Source of the DNA: Bacteroidales bacterium | GTDB lineage: Bacteria; Bacteroidota; Bacteroidia; Bacteroidales; NBLH01 | Direction of reading: 5' to 3' | Assembly (NCBI GenBank): GCA_050291445.1 | Contig: JBNKJW010000075.1 | Location: 581-64,580 of the forward strand | DNA: 64,000 nt | In this document: one piece after another, positions 10,527-20,652 of the stretch | Layout of the letters: each line of letters opens with the position of its first letter | Position numbering within the stretch: the first letter of the stretch is position 1 | Program-made: the position numbers and the translations under genes | Notes under the pieces: generated by a model | The model's database searches: none | Seen by the model: only the letters and a program-made list of their open reading frames with translations | Told to the model about the DNA's origin: nothing

Positions 10527-10654
10527 TTTATACCCAACCACTGTTAGTAATTGGTCTGCTTCACAAGCTTGCAAACTAAAACTGCCAGTCGATCGGCATA
10601 TACAAAGTCTTTTTAAAATTTCAATTTACAATATTTTAAACAGGCTTAGTATAA
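10527..10654 (+). repeat. Palindromic MITE/REP-like dispersed element, copy 1 (copy 2 at 44253-44365)
   Basis: 10557-10607 matches 44282-44332 at 50/51 bp; both copies also end in AAACAGRCTTAGTATAAA. Confidence 0.8.
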
Positions 10655-10662
10655 ATAAACAC

Positions 10663-13023
10663 ATGAAGAAAATAATAATTTTTCTGAGTTTATTATTTTT
10701 CTGTAATTGGCTTACGGCTCAAAAAAACTACACCCAAACTGTCAGGGGAACTGTGATTGACGCCACTTCAAAAAGCCCAATTCCTGGAGCAAATATTGTG
10801 GTTTTAAATACGCATCCTTTAATTGGAGCAGTATCGGAAAATGATGGAGAATTTAAATTAAATAATGTTCCGGTTGGGAAACATGATGTTAGTGTGGGCT
10901 TTATAGGATACAAACCTGTGCATTTAAGGAATTTAATGGTAAAATCAGGTAAGGAATTAATACTTAACATAGAGCTGGAAGAACAAGTGATTACTACCGA
11001 TGAAGTGGTGGTGAAAGCTTATGGGCGAAAAGACAGGGCGCTTAATGAAATGGCTAACATTAGTGCCCGATCATTTACCGTAGAAGAAACCGAAAGGTAT
11101 GCCGGAACCTGGCTTGACCCAGCCCGTATGGCTGCTAATTATGCCGGGGTAATGGCAGTGGGGGATCAACGAAATGATATCATTATCCGCGGAAATTCAC
11201 CCTTGGGTTTGCTATGGCAGCTGGAAGATATCAATATTCCAAACCCCAACCACTTTGGAACACTTGGAACCACCGGTGGCCCTATTAGTATCTTGAATAA
11301 CAATCTGTTAGATAACTCCGATTTTTTCACCAGTGCCTTTCCTGCAGAATATGGTAATGCTATTTCGGGCGTTTTTGATTTAAAAATGCGAAATGGCAAC
11401 AACCAAAAAAGGGAATATGTTGCACAAGTGGGGATGAATGGCTTTGAACTGGGCGCAGAAGGTCCTTTTTCAAAGCGTTCAAAGGCTTCATATCTATTAA
11501 ATTACCGCTATTCAACGCTCGCTATTTTTGATGCATTGGGGATGAATTTTGGTGTTTCTGGGGTCCCTCAATACCAGGATGTTTCATTTAAAGTAAATGT
11601 GCCGGGCACTAAACTAGGACGGTTTTCACTGTTTGGAGTAGGTGGGACCAGTTACATTGAGATTTTAGAGAAAAACAGGAAGGAAAATGACTGGACTTTT
11701 GGGCACGATAAACTTGATTTACGTTTTGGATCGGATATGGGCGTGCTTGGGCTATCGCATTTGTGGTTTTTTAACAAAAACACCCGAATAAAAACTACTG
11801 TTGCTGCTTCGTTTACCGGATCTACGGCAAAGGCCGATTCGGTATACAATAATTTACCTTCTTTAAATTATTATGGCGATGAATCATCAGAAACAAAATA
11901 CTCATTGTCGACAAAGTTTACACAGAAAATTAATGCAAAAACAAATTTCAACCTTGGTTTTTTGGCAGATTTGTATCAAATATCTTACAAAGACAGTGGG
12001 TTGATGGATGACTATAGCTACCGAAAGCTGACTGAAACCAATAACGAAAATATGTACCTTTTGCAAGGTTTTGCCCAGTTTCAGCATAAATTTACTAATC
12101 GGTTTGTTTTTTATGGAGGGATTCATTATCAGTACTTTACACTGAATAGAAGTCAGGTGATAGAGCCCCGGGCAAGTTTAAGGTGGGAAGCTACAGAGCA
12201 ACATGCTTTTAGTATTGGATATGGTCTGCATAGCCAATTGCAGCCCCGGCTGTTTTATTTTTTGCAGACTTTGATGCCCGATAGTACCTATAAACGAACA
12301 AATTACCAGCTTGATTTTTCAAAAAGCAACCAGTTTGTAATGGCTTATGATTATTTAATAAATAAAAACCTTCGCCTAAAAATTGAAGCCTATTACCAGC
12401 ATTTGTACAACATACCTGTTGAAGAAAACAGTTCGTATTACTCGATTGTAAATTATGGCAATGAGTTTTATTCGCCACGAAAAGACAGCCTGGTTAATAC
12501 CGGACTAGCTAAAAACTATGGACTGGAGCTGACATTTGAAAAATTTTTAAGCAGTAACTACTACTTTCTACTCACCGCTTCGGTTTTTCAGTCGAAATAC
12601 TTTGGGAGTGATGCTATTGAACGCAACACAATTTACAACAGTAATTACGTGGTAAATTTTTTAAGTGGTTATACCTTTGATATTGGTAAATACAATTCAC
12701 TTTCACTTGATTTTAAAGTAGTAACTGCCGGAGGGAAACATTACATTCCGGTTGACCTGGAGCAATCGAGGCAAATTGGGGCCGAAATTCTTGATTATTC
12801 AAAAGCTTATGAGCCAAATTACCCAAACTATTTTAGGTTGGATGGGAGGATTTCCTTTAAGCTAAACCACAAAAAGTTTAATACAGAGCTGGCTTTTGAT
12901 GTGCAAAACCTAACCAAGCAGCAGAATGTTTTGCTACAGAGTTATGATAAAGAAAGTGGAAACATTCGTTACGACTATCAATTGGGGCTGTTTTATGTAT
13001 TTTTGATGAGGTTTCAGTTTTAG
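10663..13023 (+). CDS. TonB-dependent receptor with N-terminal carboxypeptidase-regulatory-like domain
   Basis: Signal peptide MKKIIIFLSLLFFCNWLTAQ; QTVRGTVID..PIPGANI; plug motif NDIIIRGNSP..EDINIPNPNHF; C-terminal F. ATG 10663 preferred to ORF-track start 10498. Confidence 0.92.
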   Translation: MKKIIIFLSLLFFCNWLTAQKNYTQTVRGTVIDATSKSPIPGANIVVLNTHPLIGAVSENDGEFKLNNVPVGKHDVSVGFIGYKPVHLRNLMVKSGKELILNIELEEQVITTDEVVVKAYGRKDRALNEMANISARSFTVEETERYAGTWLDPARMAANYAGVMAVGDQRNDIIIRGNSPLGLLWQLEDINIPNPNHFGTLGTTGGPISILNNNLLDNSDFFTSAFPAEYGNAISGVFDLKMRNGNNQKREYVAQVGMNGFELGAEGPFSKRSKASYLLNYRYSTLAIFDALGMNFGVSGVPQYQDVSFKVNVPGTKLGRFSLFGVGGTSYIEILEKNRKENDWTFGHDKLDLRFGSDMGVLGLSHLWFFNKNTRIKTTVAASFTGSTAKADSVYNNLPSLNYYGDESSETKYSLSTKFTQKINAKTNFNLGFLADLYQISYKDSGLMDDYSYRKLTETNNENMYLLQGFAQFQHKFTNRFVFYGGIHYQYFTLNRSQVIEPRASLRWEATEQHAFSIGYGLHSQLQPRLFYFLQTLMPDSTYKRTNYQLDFSKSNQFVMAYDYLINKNLRLKIEAYYQHLYNIPVEENSSYYSIVNYGNEFYSPRKDSLVNTGLAKNYGLELTFEKFLSSNYYFLLTASVFQSKYFGSDAIERNTIYNSNYVVNFLSGYTFDIGKYNSLSLDFKVVTAGGKHYIPVDLEQSRQIGAEILDYSKAYEPNYPNYFRLDGRISFKLNHKKFNTELAFDVQNLTKQQNVLLQSYDKESGNIRYDYQLGLFYVFLMRFQF

Positions 13024-13063
13024 TAATGCTTTGATTTACATGTTGTTGAGCGACACTAAAAAG

Positions 13064-13093
13064 ACCTCATGTTGTACGGAAACAACATGAGGT
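13064..13093. terminator. Hairpin, likely bidirectional terminator
   Basis: ACCTCATGTTG-N8-CAACATGAGGT, perfect 11-bp stem between convergent genes, A-run on the left and T-rich on the right. Confidence 0.75.
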
Positions 13094-13113
13094 GGTTTTG
13101 AAATACGCCCCTT

Positions 13114-13983
13114 TTATTCGGTTGTTCCAGCCGTTTCTTCAGTTATTGCTGTTAATACAGCGTCCTGACTTGTCGTATTTCCTGCAACTATTTGAACTTC
13201 ATCAACAGTAGCAGTTTCGTAATTTTCTTTAGTAAATTCTACACCATAAGTACCTGCTTCAATGCCTAAAATGGCATAGCCACCAGTTTCATCAGTAAAC
13301 GATGTAGTGTAAACTGTGTCAGCTGCAATTATTGCAACCTCTACGCCTTCTAACCCCATTTCTTCTTCATCGGTAACAACACCCATTAAGGTACCGGCAG
13401 TTGTATTATTTGTAGCTTTTATTACAGGTTTAAAATGAAAACCTTTAATACCTGCTGGTGTGTTAGGATTCCCTTGAACAACAAATGATTTACTAACATC
13501 AAAATCAAGCAATAAATCTGCTGACAATCCACCTGAGACTTCAATTGCAGGGTCAATAAAAACTTTTATACCTGTTTGACTTCCACTTGGAATTTTAAGA
13601 TCAAACTCTTGTCCATCTTTTAATTTAATACTGGCTTCTGCAACATAAAGTCTGATTAAATTATAAGAACCAGCTTCAACTACTGAATCTACTAGGTTTT
13701 CAGTAACACCATTGGTAAGATCCAATAAATTAAATGACATTTCTTCTTCGCTCAATACAATAAACGGATTGCCATCTTCTTCGCCCTCGTTTGCTTTACG
13801 AACTTCAATTTTATTTATAGTTACGTTAGCCTCTTCAATTAAATTTGTTGGAAAAGGGGCATCAGTTAATTGAATTGTTAACTTTCCAGAAGTTGAGGCA
13901 TTATCACTTTTTTCGCAAGCTGAAAAGATACTAGTGAGCATTAATGCTGCTATAATAAGCCCTATAAAATTCGTTTTCTTCAT
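13114..13983 (-). CDS. DUF4382-domain lipoprotein with C-terminal carboxypeptidase-regulatory-like domain
   Basis: Lipobox IFSAC; GKLTIQLTDAP, FNLLDLTNG, LLLDFDVSKS, FKPVIKA; C-terminal GGYAILGIEAGTY. Confidence 0.85.
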   Translation of the reverse strand: MKKTNFIGLIIAALMLTSIFSACEKSDNASTSGKLTIQLTDAPFPTNLIEEANVTINKIEVRKANEGEEDGNPFIVLSEEEMSFNLLDLTNGVTENLVDSVVEAGSYNLIRLYVAEASIKLKDGQEFDLKIPSGSQTGIKVFIDPAIEVSGGLSADLLLDFDVSKSFVVQGNPNTPAGIKGFHFKPVIKATNNTTAGTLMGVVTDEEEMGLEGVEVAIIAADTVYTTSFTDETGGYAILGIEAGTYGVEFTKENYETATVDEVQIVAGNTTSQDAVLTAITEETAGTTE

Positions 13984-14028
13984 ACTAATAAATTTAAAAT
14001 TTGTTTTTAACTATTGTATTTGCTTTTA

Positions 14029-15090
14029 TTAATTTAATGTTTTAAGAATAAACATACTTACATATCCACCAGAGGCACTTTCGGCCTCCATTTCAATGAG
14101 TATTGGACTGGTATTGGTAATTACCCAACTTTTGTTTAACCAGCTTATAGGAATTTCATCGCTATTAAATTCTATTTTTAATGTTTTAATGTTTTGATTA
14201 GAAACTAACTCCCATGATCCATTATAAGTTTTTGTATCAGTATTTACCTGAATTCTGTTGTTTTTTTTAAAACCCAGAATGTAAGAAGAGAATAGATTTG
14301 ATTGGTTGACCGTGTCTGTAAATAAAAAGATTTTCCATTTTTTGTGTGTAATTAATTCATCGTAAGGATAATCTTCATCACTAAAAACAATATCATCTTT
14401 TTCATTAAATTCAATATTTGCGCTCTGGCTAATTACATCTTCAAGCTCACTATTATTGTTAATAGTTGTGGTACTTTCATCTGAACTTTCAACTAAAATT
14501 GGGTACTGCATTTCAACAATCATATTATTCATCTTACTAAATACATTATATAGTTCTTTATCATCATTAATATCAACTAAATCATATTTTTGATATTCTG
14601 TATTGTAAAGCGCCATTTTTAAAGGGTAGATAAAATCAATGTTTTCAATATCATCATCCTCAATAGTGGCGTTATACTGGTTTTGAATTTTGAGTAACTC
14701 TCCTTTATTTGATAATGTAGTTTCTGAATAATCACTAAAGGCAATTGTAACTGGAAAAATGATGGTAAACTCATTTCGCTGTTCAAAGTATTCCAGTTTT
14801 AAATTTTGAACATCGTCAAATGAGCTGATTCCAATAACTTCATTTTTTATTCTAACAGAGTAAGGAAATTTAATGCTAATCTCATTACATCCGTCAAGTA
14901 TATTATCGAACGAACCATCTTTAAGGGCAATTTTTACCAATAAATCCGTAATTGGGTCGTCGGGTGAAATTGTTACATCAGTATCTTGTTCACTGATTGT
15001 ATCATATTCTTTCTGACATCCACCAATAAGTATAATACCTATCAGTGCAATAAAAAACGGTTTTGTTTTTAAAAGTTTTTGTACAATCAT
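14029..15090 (-). CDS. Hypothetical lipoprotein associated with the ECF/FecR/TBDR module
   Basis: Lipobox LIGGC; DGSFDNILDG and repeated FP(Y/V/L) acidic segments; divergent from the ECF sigma. Confidence 0.75.
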   Translation of the reverse strand: MIVQKLLKTKPFFIALIGIILIGGCQKEYDTISEQDTDVTISPDDPITDLLVKIALKDGSFDNILDGCNEISIKFPYSVRIKNEVIGISSFDDVQNLKLEYFEQRNEFTIIFPVTIAFSDYSETTLSNKGELLKIQNQYNATIEDDDIENIDFIYPLKMALYNTEYQKYDLVDINDDKELYNVFSKMNNMIVEMQYPILVESSDESTTTINNNSELEDVISQSANIEFNEKDDIVFSDEDYPYDELITHKKWKIFLFTDTVNQSNLFSSYILGFKKNNRIQVNTDTKTYNGSWELVSNQNIKTLKIEFNSDEIPISWLNKSWVITNTSPILIEMEAESASGGYVSMFILKTLN

Positions 15091-15120
15091 ATTTTTGAAA
15101 GTTTTAACTTCCGGTAATTA

Positions 15121-15147
15121 AACAGATGGATTTTAAAATCTCCTACC
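15121..15147 (-). promoter_or_regulatory. Predicted ECF-sigma promoter GGTAGGA-N13-ATCTGTT for the lipoprotein operon
   Basis: Reverse complement reads GGTAGGA gattttaaaatcc ATCTGTT; same boxes and spacing as 15746-15772. Confidence 0.7.
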
Positions 15148-15213
15148 GGATATTGTGATTTTTTTTATAATCTTGTAGCTAAAAGCGAAGTCTGTTTTTG
15201 TAATTGTTTGATA

Positions 15214-15735
15214 ATGAGCTTTAAAATTAAAAATACTACCTGTAAAGAAACGGTCTTTAATGAATTATTTAAGTCTTATTCAAAAGATTTATTTAACTTT
15301 TTATATTACAAGTATGGTGAAAATAATAACCCACAAGACATTGTGCAAATAGCATTTGAAAAACTCTGGATAAATTGTAAAGATGTTTCGCCCGAAAAAG
15401 CAAAGTCATTTTTGTTCACGGTGGCAAATAACGAAATGCTTAACTCTTTATCACGAAAAAAGACGGTACTAAATTATAGTTTGCAAAAGCCTAAAGAATA
15501 TACAGCTGAAACCCCTGAGTTCTTATTGGAAGAAAAGGAATATCATGATCAGCTGCAAAAAGCAATCGAAGAATTATCTGAAGATCAAAGAGTAACATTC
15601 CTTTTGAATCGTGTGGAAGGAAAAAAACATCAGGAAATTGCTGATATGCTGGGTATTTCAAGAAAGGCAGTAGAAAAACGCATTTATAAAGCATTGAGTA
15701 TTTTAAGACAAAAAGTTGGGATAAATAAGATTTAA
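15214..15735 (+). CDS. ECF-type RNA polymerase sigma-70 factor
   Basis: Region 2 DIVQIAFEKLW and KSFLFTVANN; region 4 FLLNRVEGKKHQEIADMLGISRKAVEKRI. Confidence 0.93.
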   Translation: MSFKIKNTTCKETVFNELFKSYSKDLFNFLYYKYGENNNPQDIVQIAFEKLWINCKDVSPEKAKSFLFTVANNEMLNSLSRKKTVLNYSLQKPKEYTAETPEFLLEEKEYHDQLQKAIEELSEDQRVTFLLNRVEGKKHQEIADMLGISRKAVEKRIYKALSILRQKVGINKI

Positions 15736-15745
15736 AGAAAGCACT

Positions 15746-15772
15746 GGTAGGAAATTAGTGTTTTTATCTGTT
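15746..15772 (+). promoter_or_regulatory. Predicted ECF-sigma promoter GGTAGGA-N13-ATCTGTT for fecR-TBDR
   Basis: GGTAGGA aattagtgttttt ATCTGTT, 20 nt upstream of ATG 15793. Confidence 0.7.
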
Positions 15773-15792
15773 ATATATTTGGAGTTGGAAAA

Positions 15793-16704
15793 ATGACTAA
15801 CGAAGATAAAATAAAAAAATGGCTAGCGGGCGAACTTTCAGATGCTGAGAAAAAGGAGTTTGAAAGCACTGAGGAGTTTACCGAAATAGACAAACTGACA
15901 AAGGCTTTAAGCAAATTTAAAGCTCCTGAGTACGATATTGATAGTGAATTTCAAAAACTTTCAAAAACTGTTATTCATAATAAAAAATCAAGGTATTTTA
16001 TAAAAAAAATCAGTCCTGTTGTTAAGATTGCCGCCATTTTTATCATTACTTTAACCATTGGCTACTTTTCTTATACCTACCTTAGTTCCAACAATCAGGA
16101 ATGGATTGCTGAGCAAACAAATTTGTATTTACCAGATTCGTCTTTCGTTTCATTAAATAAAGATTCAAAAGTGAGGTTTTCGGGCAAAAAGTGGGAGAAA
16201 GAACGTAATGTTGAGTTAAAAGGCGAAGCCTTCTTTAATGTAAAGAAAGGTGCAAAATTTAGTGTAGTAACTCAGCAAGGAGAAGTAAGCGTTTTGGGTA
16301 CTGAGTTTAGTGTTAAGGATTGGGATAATTATTATGAAGTTACCTGTTACAGCGGTCTTGTTAAAGTGGCTACTGCATTAAATACTGTTCGTTTAAAACC
16401 CAATACTTCTTTTAGGATTATTAATGAGAAAGATGAAACCTATACAGTTCCCGCTAAATCACAACCAGACTGGTTAAATGGTGAAAGTAGTTTTAAAAGC
16501 GTTCCTTTTAGCCTGGTGATTGATGAATTGGAAAGACAATACAAAGTTTCTGTAGAAACTGTAAATATTGACACCCATCAACTATTTACTGGTAGTTTTT
16601 CAAACAAAAATCTTGAAATTGCTTTAAAAGCTATTACAATTCCTGTAAATTCACGCTACAAGATTAATGGCAATCAAATTGTGATATCTTTTGAAGGTAA
16701 TTAG
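15793..16704 (+). CDS. FecR-family anti-sigma factor
   Basis: One TM segment, then LPDSSFVSLN, RNVELKGEAFFNV, VSVLGTEFSV, VIDELERQY; directly downstream of the ECF sigma. Confidence 0.92.
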   Translation: MTNEDKIKKWLAGELSDAEKKEFESTEEFTEIDKLTKALSKFKAPEYDIDSEFQKLSKTVIHNKKSRYFIKKISPVVKIAAIFIITLTIGYFSYTYLSSNNQEWIAEQTNLYLPDSSFVSLNKDSKVRFSGKKWEKERNVELKGEAFFNVKKGAKFSVVTQQGEVSVLGTEFSVKDWDNYYEVTCYSGLVKVATALNTVRLKPNTSFRIINEKDETYTVPAKSQPDWLNGESSFKSVPFSLVIDELERQYKVSVETVNIDTHQLFTGSFSNKNLEIALKAITIPVNSRYKINGNQIVISFEGN

Positions 16705-19231
16705 CGTTTTATTTTTTTCAGTATTTCTTCTTTCTATCAGTAGTTTTAGGTCTTTGGCTCAAAATGCAGAGGCTCAACCGCTTGATAGTGTGTTGCTTTT
16801 GCTCGAAAAGCAATACGATATTGTGTTTACCTATGCTGATGAAAACATAAAGGATATTTTTGTTATCCTTCCAAACAAAAACTTACCGCTTGATAAATGT
16901 TTGTTAAATCTTGAAAAACAAACCAAACTTGGTTTTAAAAAATTGAATTCCCGCTATGTTGCTATTCAAAACTATGTTATTGTAAGAGGTGTTGTACTCA
17001 ATAAATCGGACAAAAAACCCATTGAAGAAGTTTTTATCTATTCGGGAAACAACTATGCAGTAAGCGATAGTAATGGAATGTTTTCGCTAAAGCTAATACC
17101 TAAGGAAGATTCGGTATTTACGGTAAGGCATACTGCTTACAAACAAGTTGAACGAAAACTCATTAACAGCAATAAAGACACCTTTATTATTGAACTGGTT
17201 CCTAAGATAAAGGTTATTGGAGAAGTTGCTGTGCCTTATTTAGTGGAGGGCATTGGCAAACTACCCGATGGCTCTATTGAATTTAATGTAAGTGATGTGG
17301 AAGTGCTCCCGGGCTTGTCGGAACCGGATGTTTTGCACACCATACAAGTTTTACCAGGTATACAAAGTATCAACGAGACTGTTTCGGACATTAATACCAG
17401 GGGCGGAACCAATGATCAAACATTAGTATTGTGGGATGATGTAAAAATGTACCAAACGGGTCACTTTTTTGGGTTAATATCTGCATTTAATTCGCATTTA
17501 ATCAACAAAGTCTGTATTGTGAAAAATGGCACAAGTGCAGCTTATGACGAAGGCGTTTCGGGTATGATTGATATGCAGATGCAGGAATCCCTGGTTGCAA
17601 AACCAGAAGCCAGCATTGGGTTAAATATGCTTAGCACAGATGCAATAATAAAAACACCTTTATCGAAGAAACTTTCATTAATTGCAGGAGCCAGGCACTC
17701 CATAAATGAATTGGTAGCAACCCCAACTTATGAAAAATACTACGAAAGAGCGTTTAAGCATACCTTGCTTACGCAAAATCAAACAACTATTGATACAGTG
17801 GTTAGTCAATACCATAAATTTTCGTTTTATGATTTGACGGGTAAACTTTTATACGATATTTCGGAAAATAACAAATTAAGCCTTAGCCTGCTTAAAATAT
17901 ACAACAATATTGAATCAGGAGAAACAGCCATCATCCTTGATACTTTGTATGACAAAAAAAGTAAACTGAATCAATCCAGTTTATTAGCAAATTTTAGTTT
18001 TGCCCACAACTGGTCAGAAAACCAAACATTACAATTTTCTGCATTTGTTTCAAAATATCGGCTAAAAGGGCTCAATAGTTCGGAATTTGATAACCTAAAT
18101 CATCAACAAATAAACGAAGTGCTTGATTGGGGGCTAAAATTAAATTCTAAAATTGAGCTAACACCCAAAATTATATTTTCCAATGGATATGAGTTTAAAG
18201 AAACAGGGATTCGTAATGGCGACAATATTCAGCAACCGAGTTACAACAGGGATACGAAGGAGGTACTACGAATTCACTCTATTTACTCTGAGGCTGAATT
18301 AAGAGGATTGTTAAAAAAACTTTATTTGCGTGCTGGCCTGCGTGCCGATTATTTTGCAAAATTCAGCGAAATTTCACTTCAGCCACGATTGGCGCTAAAT
18401 TATGTACTAAACAAGTATTTTTCGTTGGAGCTACAAGCCGAAAAGAAAAGTCAGCACACTACTCAGTTAGTTGATTATCAAACGGATTTTTTGGGCATTG
18501 AAAAACGTAGATGGACATTAGCAAATAATGACCGTGTACCTTTGCTTAAAAGCCGGCAATTTTCATTGGGTGTTCAATATGGCCGTAAAGAGTTTCTTGT
18601 TTTACTTGGTGGATATGTTAAGCGGATAACAGGAATAATTTCGCCCAGTCAGGGTTTTCAAAATCAGTTTCAGTATGTTTATGCAATTGGTGAGTACAGT
18701 GCAAGGGGGATTGAGTTATTGGTAAATAACAAGTTTAACAGTTTAAATACCTGGATGAATTATACGCTTGCCAAAAACGATTACTACTTTCATGATCTTA
18801 CACCATCAATCTTTCCAAACAATTTGGATATCAGGCATGCATTAACCCTGGGTGGAAGTTATTCGTTTAATAGCTTTGTTTTTTCGTGTGGGGTAAGTTA
18901 TAAAACAGGAAAACCTTATACCAGACCTTCTGAAAATAGTTTAACTGGGCAAAATGAAATAATGTATCAAACGCCTAACAGTTCCAGGCTAAAAGATTAC
19001 ATCAGGGTAGATTTATCTGCCAAATACAATTTTTCAACTAAAAAAGTAAATGGCGAATTTGGTTTTTCAATATGGAACCTGTTTAATCGTGAGAATGACA
19101 TTAATATTTACCACCAACTTTCTGAAAATAAGCAGATTGAACAAATTGCCCAACATGCCCTTGGTTTTACACCTAATTTGAATTTGAGGTTGAGTTTAAA
19201 CCCATCTTCCGCTAAGCGGCTCCTGAAATAA
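16691..19231 (+). CDS. TonB-dependent receptor (signalling type)
   Basis: N-terminal STN-like segment, carboxypeptidase-like domain, plug motif LPGLSEPDVLHTIQVLPGI..INTRGGTNDQ; overlaps the fecR stop. Confidence 0.9.
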   Translation: MKVISVLFFSVFLLSISSFRSLAQNAEAQPLDSVLLLLEKQYDIVFTYADENIKDIFVILPNKNLPLDKCLLNLEKQTKLGFKKLNSRYVAIQNYVIVRGVVLNKSDKKPIEEVFIYSGNNYAVSDSNGMFSLKLIPKEDSVFTVRHTAYKQVERKLINSNKDTFIIELVPKIKVIGEVAVPYLVEGIGKLPDGSIEFNVSDVEVLPGLSEPDVLHTIQVLPGIQSINETVSDINTRGGTNDQTLVLWDDVKMYQTGHFFGLISAFNSHLINKVCIVKNGTSAAYDEGVSGMIDMQMQESLVAKPEASIGLNMLSTDAIIKTPLSKKLSLIAGARHSINELVATPTYEKYYERAFKHTLLTQNQTTIDTVVSQYHKFSFYDLTGKLLYDISENNKLSLSLLKIYNNIESGETAIILDTLYDKKSKLNQSSLLANFSFAHNWSENQTLQFSAFVSKYRLKGLNSSEFDNLNHQQINEVLDWGLKLNSKIELTPKIIFSNGYEFKETGIRNGDNIQQPSYNRDTKEVLRIHSIYSEAELRGLLKKLYLRAGLRADYFAKFSEISLQPRLALNYVLNKYFSLELQAEKKSQHTTQLVDYQTDFLGIEKRRWTLANNDRVPLLKSRQFSLGVQYGRKEFLVLLGGYVKRITGIISPSQGFQNQFQYVYAIGEYSARGIELLVNNKFNSLNTWMNYTLAKNDYYFHDLTPSIFPNNLDIRHALTLGGSYSFNSFVFSCGVSYKTGKPYTRPSENSLTGQNEIMYQTPNSSRLKDYIRVDLSAKYNFSTKKVNGEFGFSIWNLFNRENDINIYHQLSENKQIEQIAQHALGFTPNLNLRLSLNPSSAKRLLK

Positions 19232-19284
19232 TTGTTAAGCCCAACTTATCAATGTCGTTTAGTTAAGGTTGTACAGTAGCAGAA

Positions 19285-19377
19285 CGTCATTGCGAACATA
19301 AGTGAAGCAACTCCGAAGGACTCAGCGTAGCTAATCTTTTTAAAGGGATTACTTCGTCGTTCCTCCTCGTAATGACG
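19285..19377. repeat. REP-like palindromic element (GTCATTGCGA...TCGYAATGAC type)
   Basis: CGTCATTGCGA at 19285 and TCGTAATGACG at 19367 form terminal arms, with inner GAAGCAA/TTACTTC arms; related sequence inside uvrA at 29808-29894. Confidence 0.75.
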
Positions 19378-19684
19378 AATCAATTTGTTAACTAAACCAC
19401 ATTACACAACTTTTACTACAGAAGTTTTGATAATGGCAAACTGTTGCATTTATTTAAGGCAATGGATTGCAAAGGTTTGTATGCGATTTTGTGACCCAAT
19501 TCTGCTTAAGTTGGCTGGTTTTCATTCAATACAAGTTTTGAATTGCTCTTTTGTTTCACTGCACTAATAGATAATACCAATGACAGGCTTATCATGAAAA
19601 TTAGGTGATGAATTTAAAAGTGGCTGTAAATCAATACAATAATTCATTCAATTTAGTTTAATTTCGCAATTCCACTAAGCCTTT

Positions 19685-20599
19685 CTAATTTCTTCGTTGT
19701 AATTCACTATTATAATTAACGCCTAGTGTGGTCTGGTTCTCTTTTACCCAGTCAGTTAATTTTATTTTGCCAGTTGGTGCAGTTTTTACGTACAAAAGAT
19801 TGTCCATTAACCCTTTAATTTCAGCTCTCGTTATGGTAACATCCTTTTTAAGGAAGCTAATTAGCCTTCCGGCCAGGTAACCAATGTAAGGTGGTGCATT
19901 AAATACTTTCTTTTTTATTTTCAGGGTGCTCATAATGCTCTTTACCAGCTCTTTATAGCTAAATGTTTCTGGTCCAATGGCATTAATAATAGCATTTTCG
20001 GTTTTACTAATTTCGTTAATTATGATGTTTGCAAAATCATCAACATGAATGGGTTGAAGTTTATAATCCCCTTTTCCAAATACGCCAAATACTGGCAGGT
20101 GACGTGCCATCCAAGCAATGTTATTGATGAGGATATCCTGCTTACCAAATAATACAGCAGGACGAATGATAGAATAATTAACACCCAAATTCTGCAGGTA
20201 GTTTTCTAAAATACCTTTGCCTTTAAAATATTCCAAATCTGATTCAATCGAAGGATTAGTTATACTGACGTGGATAATGCGCTGAATTCCGGCATTTTTG
20301 GCACAATCAAATAAGACTTTTGTATTATCTACAGCGCTTTTATGATTAAACTTTTTATGATTAAATCGTACCCAATAGGTATTTATCAAAACATCATATC
20401 CTGTTAAAGATGCTGTTAATCTCTTAGAGTCATTAAAACTTAATGGTGCGACTTCTATTTTATTTCCAAAAGGGTTTGGTTTATTGGTTGAATTGGTTAG
20501 TGTTTTTACATGGTAACCAGCTGATAATAAGTTGGCTGTGATAGTTTTTCCGGAATATCCAAATGCTCCGGTAACTACAATTTTCTTTTTTGTTTTCAT
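19685..20599 (-). CDS. NAD-dependent epimerase/dehydratase-family (extended SDR, NDUFA9-like) protein
   Basis: VVTGAFGYSG Rossmann motif; IIHVSI, YFKGK, IIRPAVLFG, QPIHVDD. Confidence 0.88.
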   Translation of the reverse strand: MKTKKKIVVTGAFGYSGKTITANLLSAGYHVKTLTNSTNKPNPFGNKIEVAPLSFNDSKRLTASLTGYDVLINTYWVRFNHKKFNHKSAVDNTKVLFDCAKNAGIQRIIHVSITNPSIESDLEYFKGKGILENYLQNLGVNYSIIRPAVLFGKQDILINNIAWMARHLPVFGVFGKGDYKLQPIHVDDFANIIINEISKTENAIINAIGPETFSYKELVKSIMSTLKIKKKVFNAPPYIGYLAGRLISFLKKDVTITRAEIKGLMDNLLYVKTAPTGKIKLTDWVKENQTTLGVNYNSELQRRN

Positions 20600-20614
20600 A
20601 TTATTGAATATTTA

Positions 20615-20640
20615 AAAGTTTCAGAAAAAAATGAAACTTT
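20615..20640. promoter_or_regulatory. Candidate operator TTTCA-N8-TGAAA upstream of the SDR gene
   Basis: AAAGTTTCA-N8-TGAAACTTT, perfect 9-bp arms, 15 nt upstream of the start codon. Confidence 0.65.
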
Positions 20641-20652
20641 AAATTAAAAAAA

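Noticed and set aside
10380-10660. Cobalamin or TPP riboswitch upstream of the TonB-dependent receptor
   Set aside because: No recognisable B12-box or TPP consensus; the structure present is the dispersed repeat also found before the TlpA gene.
19385-19660. 60-aa ORF or decayed gene between the TBDR and the SDR gene
   Set aside because: All frames are interrupted by stops and show no recognisable similarity.
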